NCBI GenBank assembly: GCA_000004695.1
Contig: CM000154.2
Span: forward strand, 576,001 to 640,000
DNA: 64,000 nucleotides
Direction of reading: 5' to 3'
Origin: Dictyostelium discoideum
Taxonomy: Eukaryota
Of this stretch, positions 62,654 through 64,000 are shown piece by piece. A program made the translations under genes and the position numbers. The notes below the pieces were generated by a model, which was given only the letters and a program-made list of their open reading frames with translations, was not told the DNA's origin and ran no database searches. The stretch's first letter is position 1. Each line of letters begins with the position of its first letter.

Positions 62654-63398
62654 TTATTGTGGTGGCATATAAATTTTATCATTTCCAATTGGAAATTCTT
62701 GATCATCAGGTAAATTAGAGAAATAATGATTAATGTATTCATCAGAAACATCTTCTAAAGTTTGAGGATCCCATTTTGGATTTTGATCTTTATCAATGAT
62801 AACTGATCTAACACCTTCAATGAATTCATTATTTGATAATGATCTAATTGCTAATCTAAATTCCATAAAGAAACATTCCTCTAATGATTTCAAAGCTCCA
62901 TCTTTGATTTGACGAAAAGCAATCTTTACAGAGGTTGGTGATTTCTTTCTAATTAATGAAATGATATCATTTGACCATTGTGTATTTGTTCTAGATAGTT
63001 CATTCATAATTTCTTCTATTGAATTAAAACGATTTGAGAAACATTTAACAATTTGATCCCAATCCTTTAATAATGGTGCTGGTGTTGGTGGTACACTTGC
63101 ATACTCATTAATTATAGATTCTATTAAATTAATATCTTGATGATGTACCAATGATTTCAATTTAATCTCTAATTCATTCAATTTCGATGAATGAACATAA
63201 TGTGTTGCAACTCCAAATTCAATACAATCTGCACCTGTTAATGATTTACCTGTAATTGCAATATAATTTGCAATTGCATCTTTTTTTAATCTACTTAAAA
63301 AATAACTTGCTCCAACATCTGGGAATAATCCAATTGCTTTATTTTTTAAATAAATTAATATACGATATATAAATTTAATTTATAGTTTTTTTTTTAAA

Positions 63399-63454
<56 letters not shown>

Positions 63455-63981
63455 ATACAAACTTCTGGCATTGCCCAAGTTGTTTTTTCAGTTACAACTC
63501 TAATTGGTGAATGAATTGAAATACCTAAACCACCACCCATAGAAATACCATCCCAAATTGCAATTCTTGGTTTATTTACAGTTGCAGCGGTATAATCCAA
63601 GTTGTACTCTTTTGAAAAGAAATAACGTGGGAATAATAAACCGATGGCACGAGTTTGTTGTGAGAGTTCTTTAATGTCACCACCTGCACAATAGGCTCTA
63701 CCATTGCCTTTGATAATCATTAATGATAACTTTGGATTATCTCTATAGGATTGAAATACTTTATTTAAGTTTACAAATAAATTGGTATTTAATACATTCA
63801 ATGATTTTGGTCTATTCAATGTCAATGTAAGCGTTTGATTTTCAATTGATGTTAAATGAAATGGTTCTTTCTTATTTAATTCCTCTTGTTGTGCTTGATA
63901 TTCAAAAAGTTTCTTTAAATCTGCATTTGTTGGTTTAAATGAATCTTTACTTTTATCTTGTTGTGCTTTACTATAAGTCAT
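62654..63981 (-). CDS. hibch: 3-hydroxyisobutyryl-CoA hydrolase (HIBCH, crotonase/enoyl-CoA hydratase superfamily); two exons visible, 5' end possibly outside the window
   Basis: The upstream exon is >=63981-63459 (..LTLNRPKSLNVLNTNLF..IIKGNGRAYCAGGDIKELSQQ..IWDGISMGGGLGISIHSPIRVVTEKTTWAMPEV + 1 nt, donor T|GTATGT). The downstream exon is 63336-62654 after ..AAATAAAG (S [66 protein letters not shown]..*), matching human HIBCH ..[22 protein letters not shown].. and ..[27 protein letters not shown]... The in-frame ATG at 63981 is 19 nt from the window edge, so the true start is uncertain. Confidence 0.8.
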
Positions 63982-64000
63982 AGATGAATTTGTTGTGGAT

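Overview
This window reads as nuclear chromosomal DNA from Dictyostelium discoideum or a very close dictyostelid. It is about 75-80% AT overall, with intergenic regions and introns close to 90% AT and very long homopolymer A/T runs. Coding regions carry in-frame (AAT)n/(CAA)n poly-Asn/Gln tracts, and introns are short (75-205 bp) with GTAAGT/GTATGT donors, poly-pyrimidine tracts and AG acceptors. It is not prokaryotic, so CRISPR arrays and operons do not apply. I found no tRNA or rRNA gene and no transposon ORF (no RT, integrase or DIRS/TRE/skipper-like sequence). I reconstructed about 24 protein-coding genes, most of them split by one to six introns that the raw ORF track does not show. Read 5' to 3' they are:
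- a partial secreted protein;
- a 7-exon, 1464-aa type I membrane glycoprotein with an EGF-like domain;
- a GPI-anchored Ser/Thr-rich protein;
- the RNA polymerase III subunit RPC10/C11;
- a coiled-coil protein with a C-terminal C8 zinc finger;
- alpha-aminoadipate aminotransferase (AADAT);
- a tandem pair of tiny 27/28-aa MGQS genes carrying an N-myristoylation motif;
- an R3H-domain protein;
- a possibly degenerate FAD-monooxygenase-like protein;
- a PhyH-like Fe/2OG dioxygenase with atypical codon usage;
- a metallophosphoesterase;
- phosphoenolpyruvate carboxylase, with a 13-nt first exon;
- an F-box/LRR protein fused to a receiver domain;
- Enhancer-of-polycomb;
- an ankyrin-repeat DHHC palmitoyltransferase;
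- a PLAC8 protein;
- syntaxin 7;
- a 5'-nucleotidase-domain protein;
- a giant alpha-2-macroglobulin-like protein of about 2286 aa;
- an RA/PH/CH protein;
- a PQ-loop transporter;
- a divergent actin-related protein;
- the 3' portion of HIBCH.
All splice junctions were derived by hand from the sequence and checked for phase. The family assignments rest on recognisable motifs and are inferences; I ran no database search.
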